A stretch of DNA of 64,000 nt from an uncultured Solirubrobacterales bacterium (GTDB lineage: Bacteria > Actinomycetota > Thermoleophilia > Solirubrobacterales > Solirubrobacteraceae): positions 55,690-119,689 of the forward strand of contig CAVTSQ010000014.1 of assembly GCA_963737395.1 (NCBI GenBank). Reading direction: 5' to 3'. The notes beneath the pieces were generated by a model. The model was not told the DNA's origin and did not search any database. It worked only from the letters and a program-made list of their open reading frames with translations. Below, piece after piece: positions 21,406 to 31,751 of this stretch. Numbering within the stretch: the first letter of the stretch is position 1; each line of letters starts with the position of its first letter. The position numbers and the translations under genes were made by a program.

Positions 21406-22685
21406 ATGCCCGCGAGCCACGAGACGATCTTCACGCTGGAGGCCACGCCGATCAAGTTCGGCGCCGGGCGCCGTCGCCGACGCCGGCTGGGAGCTCAAGC
21501 GCCTCGGCGTCGAGCGCGCGATGCTCGTCACCGACCCCGGCGTCGCCGCGCACGGGCCACCCGGACCGCGTGCGCGAGGCGATCGAGGCCGAGGGCATCG
21601 AGGTCGTCGTCTACGACCGTGCCGCGTCGAGCCGACGATCGACTCCTTCCAGCACGCCTGCCGACTTCGCGCTCGAGGCGCGAGGTCGACGGCTTCGTCT
21701 CGGTCGGCGGCGGGTCGAGCATCGACACGGCCAAGGTCGCCAACCTGATCACCACCCACCCCGCGCCGGTGATGGACTACGTCAACCCGCCGGTCGGCGG
21801 GGGCAAGAAGCCGCCGTCGCCGCTGCGCCCGCACCTCGCGATCCCGACGACCTCCGGCACCGGCTCGGAGGCGACGACCGTCGCCGTGCTCGACCTGCCC
21901 GACCTCAAGGTCAAGTCCGGCATCTCGCACCGCTACCTGCGCCCGACCCAGGCGATCGTCGACCCCGAGCTGACGCGCACGCTGCCGCTCGGAGGTGACG
22001 TCGCCGCCACCGGCCTCGACGTCGTCTGCCACGCGGCCGAGTCGTTCCTCTCCAAGCCCTTCGACACGCGCCCGCGGCCCGACGGCCCCGACGACCGCCC
22101 GCCCTACCAGGGCTCCAACCCGGTCGCCGACGTGTGGTCGGCCAAGGCGCTCGAGTTCGGCGGGCGGTTATCTGCGCCGTGCGGTGGCCGACGCCGAGGA
22201 CACCGAGGCGCGCGGCTTCATGATGCTCGCCGCCTCGATGGCCGGCGTCGGCTTCGGCTCGGCCGGCGTGCACATCCCCCACGCCTGCGCCTATCCGATC
22301 GCCGGGCTGCAGCCGCGCTACAACGCCGCCCGGCTATCCCGACGACCACCCGTTCGTCCCCCACGGCCTTCAGCGTGATCGTCACCTCGCCGGCCGCCTT
22401 CCGCTTCACCTACGAGACGCAGCCCGAGCGCCACGAGCACGTCGCGCGGCTGCTCGGCCGGCGACGGGGACGGTCGGCCCGGACGCGCTGCCCGACGAGC
22501 TGCGGCGGCTGATGCAGGACGTCGACGCGCCCAGCGGCGTGGCCGAGTTCGGCTACACCGAGGACGACGTCCCGACGCTGGTCGAGGGCGCGCGCAAGCA
22601 GCAGCGGCTGCTGGACGTCGCGCCGCGCCAGCCCGAGGACGCGGATCTGCAGCACATCATCACCGCCTCGATGCGCAACTGGTGA
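21406..22685 (+). CDS. Iron-containing alcohol dehydrogenase, hydroxyacid-oxoacid transhydrogenase (ADHFE1)-like; heavily frame-disrupted (about 6-7 switches)
   Basis: Recognisable pieces are MPASHETIFTLEATPIKFGAG, MLVTDPGV, VSVGGGSSIDTAKVANL, PTTSGTGSEAT, PYQGSNPVADVWSAKALEF, GFGSAGVHIPHACAYPIAG and VPHGLSVIVTSPAAF. The tail is ..QHIITASMRNW* (stop 22683-22685). Confidence 0.75.
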
Positions 22686-23086
22686 TGGACGTCCCGTCCG
22701 GCTTCACGCCCTGGCCCGACCAGGGGCCCTACCTCGAGCACGTGGGGCCGATCCACGTGCGCGAGGCCCAGCACCCGCTCGTGCTCGGGATGCGCGCCGA
22801 GGAGCGCCACACCAACCACCGCGGCACGGTCCAGGGCGGCCTGCTCGCGACCTTCGCCGACTTCGCGCTCGGCCGCGCGATCGAGACCGACGCCGAGGAC
22901 GACAAGGACCGCGCGACGGTCTCGCTGACCGTCGACTACCTCAAGCCGGCGAAGGTCGGCGACTGGATCGAATCGCGCACGAGCGTCGACCGGGTCGGCG
23001 GCACGCTGGCCTTCGCCGACTGCTCGCTGATGGTCGACGACCGCGAGATCGTCCGGGCCCGGGCGGTCTGGGTCGTCGCGGGCTGA
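22682..23086 (+). CDS. PaaI-family hotdog-fold thioesterase
   Basis: Intact 134-aa ORF containing ..HTNHRGTVQGGLLATFADFALG...TVDYLKPAKVGDWI.. The start overlaps the upstream stop. Confidence 0.75.
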   Translation: MMDVPSGFTPWPDQGPYLEHVGPIHVREAQHPLVLGMRAEERHTNHRGTVQGGLLATFADFALGRAIETDAEDDKDRATVSLTVDYLKPAKVGDWIESRTSVDRVGGTLAFADCSLMVDDREIVRARAVWVVAG

Positions 23087-23225
23087 GGGCGAACGTCGAA
23101 GGCGCCGCACTTGCGCGTCGGCGTCGCCCGGTCTTAGGCTGCGGCTGACCGTTGCTCCTGGTGGAGGTGCGTCGTGCTTCGACCGCTCCCGTCGGGCGCG
23201 ATGAACCGATCGAAGGAGCATCTGG

Positions 23226-23934
23226 ATGCCGCCCAGGCTTCGCGCAAACCTGACCTATGCCAACGTCGTCTCGACGCTCTGCCTGTTCATCGTTCTCGGG
23301 GGCACGTCGGTCGCCGCGGTCACGCTGAAGAAGAACAGCGTCGGCTCAAGCCAGCTGAAGGCCGGTGCGGTCAAGGGATCCGATCTGGCCAAGAACGCCG
23401 TCACGTCCCAGAAGGTCAAGGACGGCGGATTGCTCGCGCGCGATTTCAAAGCCGGTCAGCTCCCGGCCGGCGCCACCGGGTCGCGTGGTCCGGTCGGACC
23501 CGCGGGCGCGACCGGACCCGCGGGCCCGACCGGACCCGCGGGCGCGAAGGGCGCGACGGGACTTCAGGGCCCGAAAGGTACGACCGGACTTCAGGGCCCG
23601 AAAGGGACGCCGGGAACACAGGTGCTGCGGGAGCGCGCTCGGCTACGCCCACATCAACAGCGACGGCACGACCGACGCCTCCCGCTCCAAGAACGTCCTG
23701 AAAGCCGGCGTCTTCGACGTAGGCACACCCGGCGTGTATTGCATCTCCTTTACGTTCACCCCGAAGAACGTGAGTGCGACGCTGAACGGCGGTAGCAACG
23801 GACAGATCATCGCGTTTTACAACCCGTCCCAGAACGGATGCACCTCCGGCACGAAGACGTATCAGGTCGAGGTCGTGACGAGCAACGCTTCGGGGAACCC
23901 GACGAATCGCGCGTTCGACCTCGTGGTCAACTAG
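23226..23934 (+). CDS. Membrane-anchored collagen-like (GXY-repeat) protein with a small Asn/Thr/Ser-rich C-terminal domain; frame-disrupted (1-2 indels near 23620-23640)
   Basis: A GAAGGAG ribosome-binding site lies about 9 nt upstream. The N-terminus has a TM helix ([19 protein letters not shown]), followed by [19 protein letters not shown]-type motifs. At least 17 uninterrupted GXY triplets follow ([51 protein letters not shown]). The C-terminal domain lies in the frame of ORF 23365..23934 (..[18 protein letters not shown]...NRAFDLVVN*). Confidence 0.7.
23469..23640 (+). repeat. GXY (collagen triple-helix type) coding repeat, including a near-perfect 27-nt tandem duplication at 23559..23612
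   Basis: The periodic Gly every third codon was read directly from the sequence. ggacttcagggcccgaaaggtacgacc is followed by ggacttcagggcccgaaagggacgccg, so GLQGPKGT occurs twice. Confidence 0.8.
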
Positions 23935-23971
23935 CGCCGTCCAGCGACACGCTCATCGAGCGGATCAGCAC

Positions 23972-25129
23972 TCAGACCCCCAGCGAGCGGCCGACGATCT
24001 CCTTCATGATCTCGGTCGTCCCGCCGTAGATGCGGGTGATCCGCGCGTCGGCGAACGCCCGGGCGATCGGGTACTCGGTCATGTAGCCGTAGCCGCCGAA
24101 GAGCTGGACGCAGCGGTCGACGACCCGCCCCTGGAGCTCGGTGCACCACCACTTGGCCATCGCCGCGTCCTCGGCGGACAGCGAGCCCTCGTTGAGGGCG
24201 AGGACGGCCTTGTCGCAGAAGACCGTGGCGAGCTCGATCTCGGTCTTCATCTCGGCCAGCGCGAAGCGCGAGTTCTGGAAGGACCCGATCGGCTGCCCGA
24301 AGGCCTGACGCTCCTTGACGTACTCGAGCGTCCAGTCCAGGGCGGCCTGGGCGGCGCTCACGCCGGCGAGCGCGATCGACAGCCGCTCCTGGGCGAGGTT
24401 GGAGACGAGGTAGGTGAAGCCCGCGCCCTCGTCGCCGAGCCGGTTCTCGACCGGCACGGGCACGTCGGCGAAGAAGAGCTCGGCCGTGTCCTGCGCGTGC
24501 ATCCCGACCTTGTCGAGGTTGCGCCCGCGGTCGAAGCCCTCCATCCCGCGCTCGAGCACGAGCAGCGAGATGCCCTTGTGGCGCTCCTTGGGGTCGGTCT
24601 TGACCGCGGTGATCACGAGGTCGGCGTGGATCCCGTTGGTGATGAAGGTCTTCGCGCCGTTGACGACGTAGTGGTCGCCGTCGCGGATCGCGCTCGTCGA
24701 CATCGACGCGAGGTCGGAGCCGATCCCGGGCTCGGTCATCGCGATCGCGGTGACCAGCGAGCCGTCGGCGATCCCGGGCAGCCAGCGTGCTTGCTGCTCG
24801 GGGGTGCAGTAGGCCAGGAAGTACGGCAGGCAGATGTCGTTGTGGAGCGTGATCCCGAGGCCCGAGCCGGCCACGCCGGCGTAGCCGACCTCCTCGACGA
24901 TCACCTGGTTGAAGCGGAAGTCGTCAATGCCCAGGCCGCCGTGCTCCTCGGGGACGGCCATCGCGAGCATGCCCTTCTCGGCCGCCTTGGCGAAGAGCTC
25001 CTTCGGCGCCTGGCCCTCGCGCTCCCACTCCTCGTGGTGCGGGGAGACCTCCTCGGCCAGGAAGCGGCGCACGCTCTCGCGGAAGTCCTTGTGCTCGGGC
25101 TCGAAGAGGTCGCGGCGCATCGCGGCCAT
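23972..25129 (-). CDS. Acyl-CoA dehydrogenase
   Basis: Intact 385-aa ORF with typical ACAD blocks (..AMTEPGIGSDLASM.., ..QLFGGYGYMTEYPIARAFADARITRIYGGTTEI..). Confidence 0.9.
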   Translation of the reverse strand: MAAMRRDLFEPEHKDFRESVRRFLAEEVSPHHEEWEREGQAPKELFAKAAEKGMLAMAVPEEHGGLGIDDFRFNQVIVEEVGYAGVAGSGLGITLHNDICLPYFLAYCTPEQQARWLPGIADGSLVTAIAMTEPGIGSDLASMSTSAIRDGDHYVVNGAKTFITNGIHADLVITAVKTDPKERHKGISLLVLERGMEGFDRGRNLDKVGMHAQDTAELFFADVPVPVENRLGDEGAGFTYLVSNLAQERLSIALAGVSAAQAALDWTLEYVKERQAFGQPIGSFQNSRFALAEMKTEIELATVFCDKAVLALNEGSLSAEDAAMAKWWCTELQGRVVDRCVQLFGGYGYMTEYPIARAFADARITRIYGGTTEIMKEIVGRSLGV

Positions 25130-25152
25130 GGTGCCACGGGTAGACCTCCGAC

Positions 25153-25566
25153 ATGCCCAAGCCGACCGATATCCGCCCGCCGTTCACCGAGGAGACCGCC
25201 CGCGCGAAGGTCCAGGCGGCCCAGGACGCGTGGAACTCCCGGGATCCGGAGAAGGTCTCGATGGCCTACACCGAGGACTCGCAGTGGCGCAATCGCGACG
25301 AGTTCCTCTCCGGCCGCGGCGAGATCGTCGCCTTCCTGCAGCGCAAGTGGGAGCGCGAGCGCGACTACGTCCTGGAGAAGACGCTGTGGGCGTTCACCGC
25401 GGACCGGATCGCCGTGCGCTTCGAGTACGAGAGCCGCGACGCCGACGGGCAGTGGTGGCGCTCCTACGGCAACGAGATGTGGGAGTTCGCGCCCGACGGC
25501 CTGATGGCCCGGCGCTACGCGTCGATCAACGACGCGCCGATCGACGAGTCCGACCGGCGCCTCTAG
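25153..25566 (+). CDS. DUF1348-family (NTF2/SnoaL-like fold) protein
   Basis: Intact 137-aa ORF: [44 protein letters not shown]...GNEMWEF. This matches my recollection of DUF1348. Confidence 0.6.
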   Translation: MPKPTDIRPPFTEETARAKVQAAQDAWNSRDPEKVSMAYTEDSQWRNRDEFLSGRGEIVAFLQRKWERERDYVLEKTLWAFTADRIAVRFEYESRDADGQWWRSYGNEMWEFAPDGLMARRYASINDAPIDESDRRL

Positions 25567-26018
25567 CGCGCCAGCGTGCCCTCGAGGACGTAGCGGAGGA
25601 TCCCGACGACCTGCTCGGGCTCGCGGGCGACGGCCAGCGCGGCGCGGTCGACCTCCTTGAGCGCGTGGTCGTGCGCCTCGGGATGCAGCGTGACGAGCGG
25701 CTTGCCCAGCGCGGCGGCGTAGCCGGCGTCGAAGGCGGCGTTCCACTGCTTGTACTGCTCGCCGAAGCGCACGACGACGACGTCGGCCCGCTCGATCAGC
25801 GTGCGCGTGCGGATCGCGTTGATGCCCGCGCCCTGGTGGTCCTTCCAGAACGAGGTGTCCTCGGCGCCGAGCAGGGCGACACCCGCGTCGTCGGAGGCGG
25901 CGTGGTCGGTGACCGGCGCGGAGAACGCCACGTCGAGCCCGGCGTCGGCCGCGCCGCGCTCGATGCGCTCGCGCCAGTCGCTGTGGATCTCCCCGGAGAG
26001 GTAGACGTTCCAGGTCAT
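25563..26018 (-). CDS. YtoQ-family protein (nucleoside 2-deoxyribosyltransferase-like fold)
   Basis: This is the tail of ORF 25563..26351 from M at 26018: [19 protein letters not shown]...[40 protein letters not shown].. Confidence 0.6.
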   Translation of the reverse strand: MTWNVYLSGEIHSDWRERIERGAADAGLDVAFSAPVTDHAASDDAGVALLGAEDTSFWKDHQGAGINAIRTRTLIERADVVVVRFGEQYKQWNAAFDAGYAAALGKPLVTLHPEAHDHALKEVDRAALAVAREPEQVVGILRYVLEGTLAR

Positions 26019-26048
26019 GCGCCGAGCGTACGCGGGTACGTTCAGAGC

Positions 26049-26474
26049 ATGACCAAGAGCGACGAAGAACTTTTCGGCCAGGAGCACGTCGACGCCTACC
26101 GCGAGAGCGGCGGGGAGCGCGGCTACAACTGGAAGAACGGCACGATCATCCTGCTGCTGACCACGACGGGCTCGAAGTCCGGCCAGGAGCGCACGACCCC
26201 GCTGATCCATCGCGAGGACGGCGACTCCTGGGTGATCGTCGCCTCCAAGGGCGGGGCCCCGGAGGATCCCGCCTGGTACACGAACATCCAGGCCGCGAAC
26301 GGCGAGGCGACGATCCAGGTCAAGGACGAGGTGATCCCCGTCCGCGCCCATGACGCGCAGGGCGAAGAGCGCTCCCGCCTGTGGTCGAAGATGACCGAGG
26401 ACTGGCCGGACTACGACGAGTACGCCAAGAAGACCGACCGGGAGATCCCGGTCGTGGTCCTCGAGCGCCGCTAG
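26049..26474 (+). CDS. Deazaflavin (F420)-dependent nitroreductase-family oxidoreductase (DDN-like)
   Basis: This is the tail of ORF 24909..26474 from the ATG at 26049: ..LLLTTTGSKSGQERTTPLI...VIVASKGGAPEDPAWYTNI...REIPVVVLE. Confidence 0.7.
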   Translation: MTKSDEELFGQEHVDAYRESGGERGYNWKNGTIILLLTTTGSKSGQERTTPLIHREDGDSWVIVASKGGAPEDPAWYTNIQAANGEATIQVKDEVIPVRAHDAQGEERSRLWSKMTEDWPDYDEYAKKTDREIPVVVLERR

Positions 26475-26501
26475 GCGCCCGAGGACCCTCCGGTCCTCCC
26501 G

Positions 26502-27092
26502 CTAGCCGGCGTGACCCGCGGTCGCGCCGGCGTCGGCGACCTCGTGCGCGCCCTCGGCGAACTCCTCGACGGCCTTGGCGTTGAAGGCCGGGAGGTCATC
26601 GGGGTTGCGCGAGGTGACGAGGCCCTGGTCGACGACGACCTCCTCGTCGACCCATTCGCCGCCGGCGTTGACGATGTCGGTCCTGATGCTCGGGTACGAC
26701 GTCAGCGTGCGGCCGCGCACGAGGTCGGCCTCGACGAGCGTCCACGGGCCGTGGCAGATCGCCGCGATCGGCTTGCCGCTCTTGGCGAACTCCTGCAGGA
26801 ACGAGATCACGTTCTCGTCCTGGCGCAGGTTGTCCGGGTTGATGGTGCCGCCGGGCAGCAGCACGCCGTCGTAGTCGCCGGGGGAGACATCGGCGATCGC
26901 CTTGTCGACCTCGAACGTGTCGCCCTTGTCGATGTCGCCGTTCATCGCCTGGATCTCGCCGGTCTTCGGAGACAGAAGCTCGGCCTTCCCGCCGGCCTCC
27001 TCGACCGCGGCGCGCGGCTGCTCGAGCTCGACCTGCTCGACGCCGTCGGCGGCGATGATGGCAATGGTCTTGCCGTTCAGTTCGTCGGCCAT
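26502..27092 (-). CDS. DJ-1/PfpI-family protein (type 1 glutamine amidotransferase-like)
   Basis: Intact 196-aa ORF with the nucleophile-elbow motif [11 protein letters not shown]. Confidence 0.85.
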   Translation of the reverse strand: MADELNGKTIAIIAADGVEQVELEQPRAAVEEAGGKAELLSPKTGEIQAMNGDIDKGDTFEVDKAIADVSPGDYDGVLLPGGTINPDNLRQDENVISFLQEFAKSGKPIAAICHGPWTLVEADLVRGRTLTSYPSIRTDIVNAGGEWVDEEVVVDQGLVTSRNPDDLPAFNAKAVEEFAEGAHEVADAGATAGHAG

Positions 27093-27212
27093 GGTGGCTC
27101 CTCTCTGGTCGGAACGAGCCCGTCGGGTACCCGGTGTCGAGACGCGAGAACGGGATTCGTCTTAACGTCGAGGCCGGCCGACCCGGAGCCGGCCCAACGA
27201 GAAGGAGACGCC

Positions 27213-27611
27213 GTGCGCTACATGCTCATGATCTACACCCCGGAGGAGCGCCAGGGCTCCGCCCCGGACCCGGCGCAGATGGAGGCGATGCTCGCCGCCT
27301 GGAACGACTTCACCCAGACCTGCATCGACCGCGGCGTCTACATCGAGTCCGATCCGCTCCAGCCGTCGGCGACGGCGACGACCGTGAGCCACACCGGCGG
27401 CGACCCGATCGTCTCCGACGGGCCGTTCGCGGAGACGCGCGAGGTGCTCGGCGGGTTCTACCTGCTCGACTGCCGCGACCTCGACGAGGCGCTCGAGCTG
27501 GCCAAGCTCGTGCCCAGCGGCGAGGGCAGCAAGACCGAGGTGCGGCCGATCTGGCAGATGGACGGGCTCAACAGCCAGGTCCGCGGCCGCGCGGAGGCCG
27601 CGCGGTCCTGA
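27213..27611 (+). CDS. YCII-related (DGPF-motif) protein
   Basis: GTG start at 27213, with a GAAGGAG ribosome-binding site at 27201-27207. The sequence reads [11 protein letters not shown]...[31 protein letters not shown].. Confidence 0.75.
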   Translation: MRYMLMIYTPEERQGSAPDPAQMEAMLAAWNDFTQTCIDRGVYIESDPLQPSATATTVSHTGGDPIVSDGPFAETREVLGGFYLLDCRDLDEALELAKLVPSGEGSKTEVRPIWQMDGLNSQVRGRAEAARS

Positions 27612-28838
27612 CCGCCGCCGGCCGCCTGTCGGTCGAACGCGTCTTCCGCCGGGAGCGCGCACGGGCGCTGGCCGCGCTCGTGCGTGCGCTCGGGGACTTC
27701 GAGCTCGCCGAGGACTCGCTGCAGGACGCGCTGGTCGTCGCGCTCGAGCGCTGGCCGCAGGCCGGCGTGCCCGAGCACCCGGCCGCCTGGCTGGTGACGA
27801 CGGCGCGCAACCGCGCGATCGACCGCGTGCGGCGCGGGCGCGTCGGCGCCGCCAAGGAACAGGCGGCCGCCGGCGAGGCGACCTTCACCGTGGACCCCGA
27901 TCCCAGCGACGCACTCGAGCGGCTCGGCGACGAGCGGCTCGCGCTCGTCTTCACCTGCGCCCACCCCGCGCTCGCGCCCGAGGCGCGCGTGGCGCTCACG
28001 CTCCAGGCCGTGGCCGGGCTGACCGCCGGCGAGATCGGCCGCGCCTTCCTCGTACCCGAGGCGACGATGGCCCAGCGGCTCGTGCGCGCCAAGCGCAAGA
28101 TCCGCGACGCCGGGATCGCCTTCCGCGTGCCGCCCGACCACGACCTGCCCGAGCGGCTGGCCGGCGTGCTCGCCGTCGTCTACCTCGTCTTCACCGAGGG
28201 GCACACCGCGACCGCGCGCGACGCGCTGGTCCGCGCCGAGCTCGCGGCCGAGGCGATCCACCTGGGCAAGCTCGTGGCCGCGCTGATGCCCGACGAGCCC
28301 GAGGCGCTCGGCCTCGTCGCGCTGATGCTGCTGCAGGACTCGCGGCGCGCCGCCCGGACCGACGGCGCCGGCGAGCTCGTCCTGCTCGCCGACCAGGACC
28401 GGGAGCGCTGGGACGCCGGCGCGATCGCCGAGGGACTCGCCGTGCTCGACCGGGCGCTCGCGCACCGCCGGCCCGGGCCCTACGTGGTGCAGGCGGCGAT
28501 CGCCGCGCTGCACGCGCAGGCGGCCAGCGAGGAGACGACCGACTGGCCCCAGATCGCCGCGCTGTACGGCGAGCTGGCCCGGCTGTCGCCGTCGCCGATC
28601 GTCGAGCTCAACCGCGCGGTGGCGATCGCGATGGCCGACGGCCCGGAGGCCGGGCTGGCGCACGCCGACACCGTCGATGGGTCTCGAGCGCCACCACCTG
28701 CTGCACGCCACGCGCGCCGACCTGCTGCGGCGGCTGGGCCGCGAGGCCGAGGCGGCGGCCGCCTACGACGCCGCACTCGACCTGGTCACCAACCCGGTCG
28801 AGCGACGATTCCTGGCGCGTCGGCGGACGGAGCTCTGA
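27608..28838 (+). CDS. ECF sigma factor with a long TPR-like C-terminal extension (ECF42-type); frame-disrupted (1 indel near 28680); exact start uncertain
   Basis: It lies within ORF 27134..29908. Region 2 reads ..[35 protein letters not shown]...[16 protein letters not shown]. Region 4 reads ..[34 protein letters not shown]. The extension reads ..[13 protein letters not shown]...LNRAVAI.., and the hand-read tail is [20 protein letters not shown]...RRRTEL* (stop 28836-28838). Confidence 0.8.
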
Positions 28839-29908
28839 TGGAGCGCGTCGAGCACGTCGTGATCGGCGGCGGGGCCGCCGGACTGGCGACGGCGTGGGCG
28901 CTGGCGCGTCGCGGCCGCGCGGTCGTCCTGCTCGAGCGGTTCGCCCGCGACCACGCGCGCGGCTCCTCGCACGGCGGCGCGCGGATCCTGCGCTTCGCCT
29001 ACGACGACCCGCGCTACGTCCCGCTCGTGCGCGAGGCGCTCGGCCACTGGGACGAGCTCGAGGCCGAGAGCGGCCGCACGCTGATCGACCGCGTGGGCGC
29101 CGTCGACTTCGGGCCGCGCGAGCTCGTCGACGCGGTGGCCGACGGGCTGGCCGCCGGCGGGGTGACGATCGAACGGCTCTCCCGTGACGAGTCGATCGAG
29201 CGCTTCCCCTGGCTCGCGCCGCCCGGCGACGCGATCTTCTCCCCGCACGCCGGGCGCATCCGCGCCGAGGGAACGCTCGGGGCGCTCGCCGCCGCGGCGA
29301 GCGCCCGCGGCGCCGAGCTGCGCTTCGACACCGGCCCGGCGCGGATCGAGACGGCCGGCGACGAGGCGGTCGTCCGGGTCGAGGATGCCGCCTGGCGCGC
29401 CCCGAGCGTCGTGCTGGCCGCCGGCGCCTGGACCGGTTCGCTGGCCGGGCCGCACGTGCCCCTCCCCACGCTGCGGGTCACCCGCGAGACCTACGTCCAC
29501 CTGCCCGATCCACCCGGAGCCGAGGCCTTCCCGAGCTTCATCGACCACCTCGAGCCCTGGCACTACGGCCTGCGCGACCCGACGGCCGGGATCAAGCTCG
29601 GCACCCACATGACGGGGATCGAAGCCGATCCCGACGAGGCGGGCGGAGCCGACGAGGCGGCGATCGCGCCGCTGCTCGGCTGGGCGCGCGAGCACCTGCC
29701 GGGCGTCGAGCCGGAGGTGGCGAGCGTGGGCACCTGTCTCTACACGACCTCGCCGACCGCCGACTTCGTGCTCGAGCGCCGCGGGCCGGTGACCGCGGTC
29801 TCGGCCTGCTCGGGGCACGGCTTCAAGTTCACGCCGCTCGTGGGCGCCGCGGCCGCCGCGCTCGCGCTCGGCGACAGCCGGCCGATGCTCCCGCGCCCGC
29901 CCGGGTAG
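28838..29908 (+). CDS. FAD-dependent oxidoreductase, monomeric sarcosine oxidase / N-methyltryptophan oxidase-like
   Basis: Intact 356-aa reading from the ATG at 28838, which overlaps the sigma stop (TGATG). It has [26 protein letters not shown] and ..[16 protein letters not shown].. Confidence 0.7.
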   Translation: MERVEHVVIGGGAAGLATAWALARRGRAVVLLERFARDHARGSSHGGARILRFAYDDPRYVPLVREALGHWDELEAESGRTLIDRVGAVDFGPRELVDAVADGLAAGGVTIERLSRDESIERFPWLAPPGDAIFSPHAGRIRAEGTLGALAAAASARGAELRFDTGPARIETAGDEAVVRVEDAAWRAPSVVLAAGAWTGSLAGPHVPLPTLRVTRETYVHLPDPPGAEAFPSFIDHLEPWHYGLRDPTAGIKLGTHMTGIEADPDEAGGADEAAIAPLLGWAREHLPGVEPEVASVGTCLYTTSPTADFVLERRGPVTAVSACSGHGFKFTPLVGAAAAALALGDSRPMLPRPPG

Positions 29909-29918
29909 CCAGGGGCCA

Positions 29919-31725
29919 ATGGCCTCTCCCACCGTCGCCGACTTCATCGTCCAGCGCCTGACCGCCTGGGGCGTCAACCGCATCTACGGCTACCCCGGCG
30001 ACGGGATCAACGGCATCACCGCCGCCCTGCAGCGCGCGCCCGACGCCCCGGGCTTCGTCCAGGTCCGCCACGAGGAGACGGCCGGGTTCGCCGCCTGCGC
30101 CCACGTCAAGTACGGCGGCGGCCCGATCGGCTGCGCGCTGGTCACGAGCGGCCCCGGCGCGATCCATCTGCTCAACGGCCTCTACGACGCGAAGCTCGAC
30201 CACCAGCCGGTCGTCGCGCTCGTCGGCCAGACGGCGCTGACCGCCGAGGGCGGTGGCTACTACCAGGAGGTCGATCTCCTCAACCTGTTCAAGGACGTGG
30301 CCGGCGGCTTTCTCGCCCAGCTCGACCATCCGGCCCAGGCCCGGCACCTCGTCGACCGCGCCTGCCGCACCGCGCTGGCCCAGCGCACCGTCACCGCGCT
30401 GATCCTGCCCAACGACATCCAGGACGACGACGCCGTCCCCGAGCCTCCCCACGCCCACGGCTACTTCCACACCAGCGACGTCCCGAGCACGCCCCTGCAC
30501 TCGCCCGATCCGGCCGCCGTCGCCGCCGCCGCCGACGTCCTGCGCTCGGGCGAGCGCGTGGCGATGCTCGTCGGGCAGGGCGCGCTGGGCGCCACCGAGG
30601 AGGTCGCCGCCGTGGCCGAGCGCCTGGGCGCGGGCGTGGCCACGGCGCTGCTCGGCTTCGCTGCCGTCGACCATCGCGAGCCGTGGGTCACGGGTGCGAT
30701 CGGCCTGCTCGGCACCCGCCCGAGCTGGGACTTGATGCAGCGCTGCGACCGCCTGCTGATCGTCGGCTCGAACACCCCCTACTCCGAGTTCTATCCCCAG
30801 GAGGGGCAGGCCCGGGCGGTGCAGATCGACATCGACGGCGCGCAGCTCGGGCTGCGCTACCCGACCGAGCTCAACCTCGTCGGCGACGCGCGCACGACGC
30901 TGGCCCAGCTGCTGGTCGCGCTCGACGGCCACACGCCCGCTCCGGCCTGGCGCGATCAGATCGCCCGCTGGACCTCGTCATGGAAGACGGGGCAGGCCGA
31001 GGCGGCGCAGCAGGCCGCCGATCCGGTCAACCCCCAGCTGGTCTTCCGTGAGCTCAACGCGCGCCTGCCCGGCGACGCGATGCTCGCCTGCGACTGCGGC
31101 ACGGCGACCGCGTGGTACGCCCGCCACCTCGAGGTGCGCCCGCCGATGCTCGCGAGCCTCTCGGGCACGTTGCTGTCGATGGGCGGCGCGCTGCCCTACT
31201 CGATCGCCGCGAAGTTCGCCCATCCCGACCGGCCGCTGATCGCGCTGGTCGGCGACGGCGCGATGCAGATGAACGGCGTCAACGAGCTGATCACGGCGGC
31301 CAAATACTGGCGCACGTGGAGCGACCCGCGCTTCGTCGTGCTCGTGCTCAACAACCGCGACCTGTCGTTCGTCTCCTGGGAGCAGCGCGCGACCGAGGGC
31401 GAGCCGAAGTGGGACGAGAGCCAGCTCGTGCCCGACGTGCCCTACGACCGCTGGGCCGAGGGGCTGGGCCTGCAGGGGATCCGCGTCGAGACCCCCGAGC
31501 AGGTCGGACCCGCGTGGGACGCGGCGCTGTCGGCCGACCGGCCGACGGTGATCGACGCCGTCGTCGACCCGGCCGAGCTGATGATCCCGCCCCACTTCAC
31601 CCGCGAGCAGGCCCACCGCGACGTTCAAGGCGCTGCTGCGCGGGGACTCCGACTGGCGGGGGATCGTGCGCCGGGCGCTGCCCGAGACCGCGGCCACGCT
31701 GCTCCCGCACCGCGACCGGAGCTGA
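29919..31725 (+). CDS. Thiamine-diphosphate enzyme, pyruvate oxidase/dehydrogenase (PoxB)-like; frame-disrupted (1 indel near 31615)
   Basis: ORF 29919..32819 begins MASPTVADFIVQRLTAWGVNRIYGYPGDGING...RHEETAGFAA...VTSGPGAIHLLNGLYDA...GSLLSMGGALPY...ALVGDGAMQMN. The true tail is in another frame: TATFKALLRGDSDWRGIVRRALPETAATLLPHRDRS* (stop 31723-31725). Confidence 0.8.
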
Positions 31726-31751
31726 GGGCCGGGGCTATAGCGTCAGACCGA

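Noticed and set aside
23641-23934. Horizontal acquisition of the collagen-like gene, inferred from low GC (about 54% in a 100-nt sample counted by hand)
   Set aside because: Third codon positions stay mostly G/C. The GC drop is explained by the Asn/Thr/Ser/Tyr/Phe/Lys-rich amino-acid composition. No phage or mobility genes flank it.
27134-29908. 924-aa single ORF in the track
   Set aside because: This is read-through of three separate genes: an out-of-frame stretch of the YCII region, the ECF sigma and the MSOX-like oxidase. A frame switch near 28680 removes the sigma stop from this frame. The oxidase has its own ATG at 28838, overlapping the true sigma stop.
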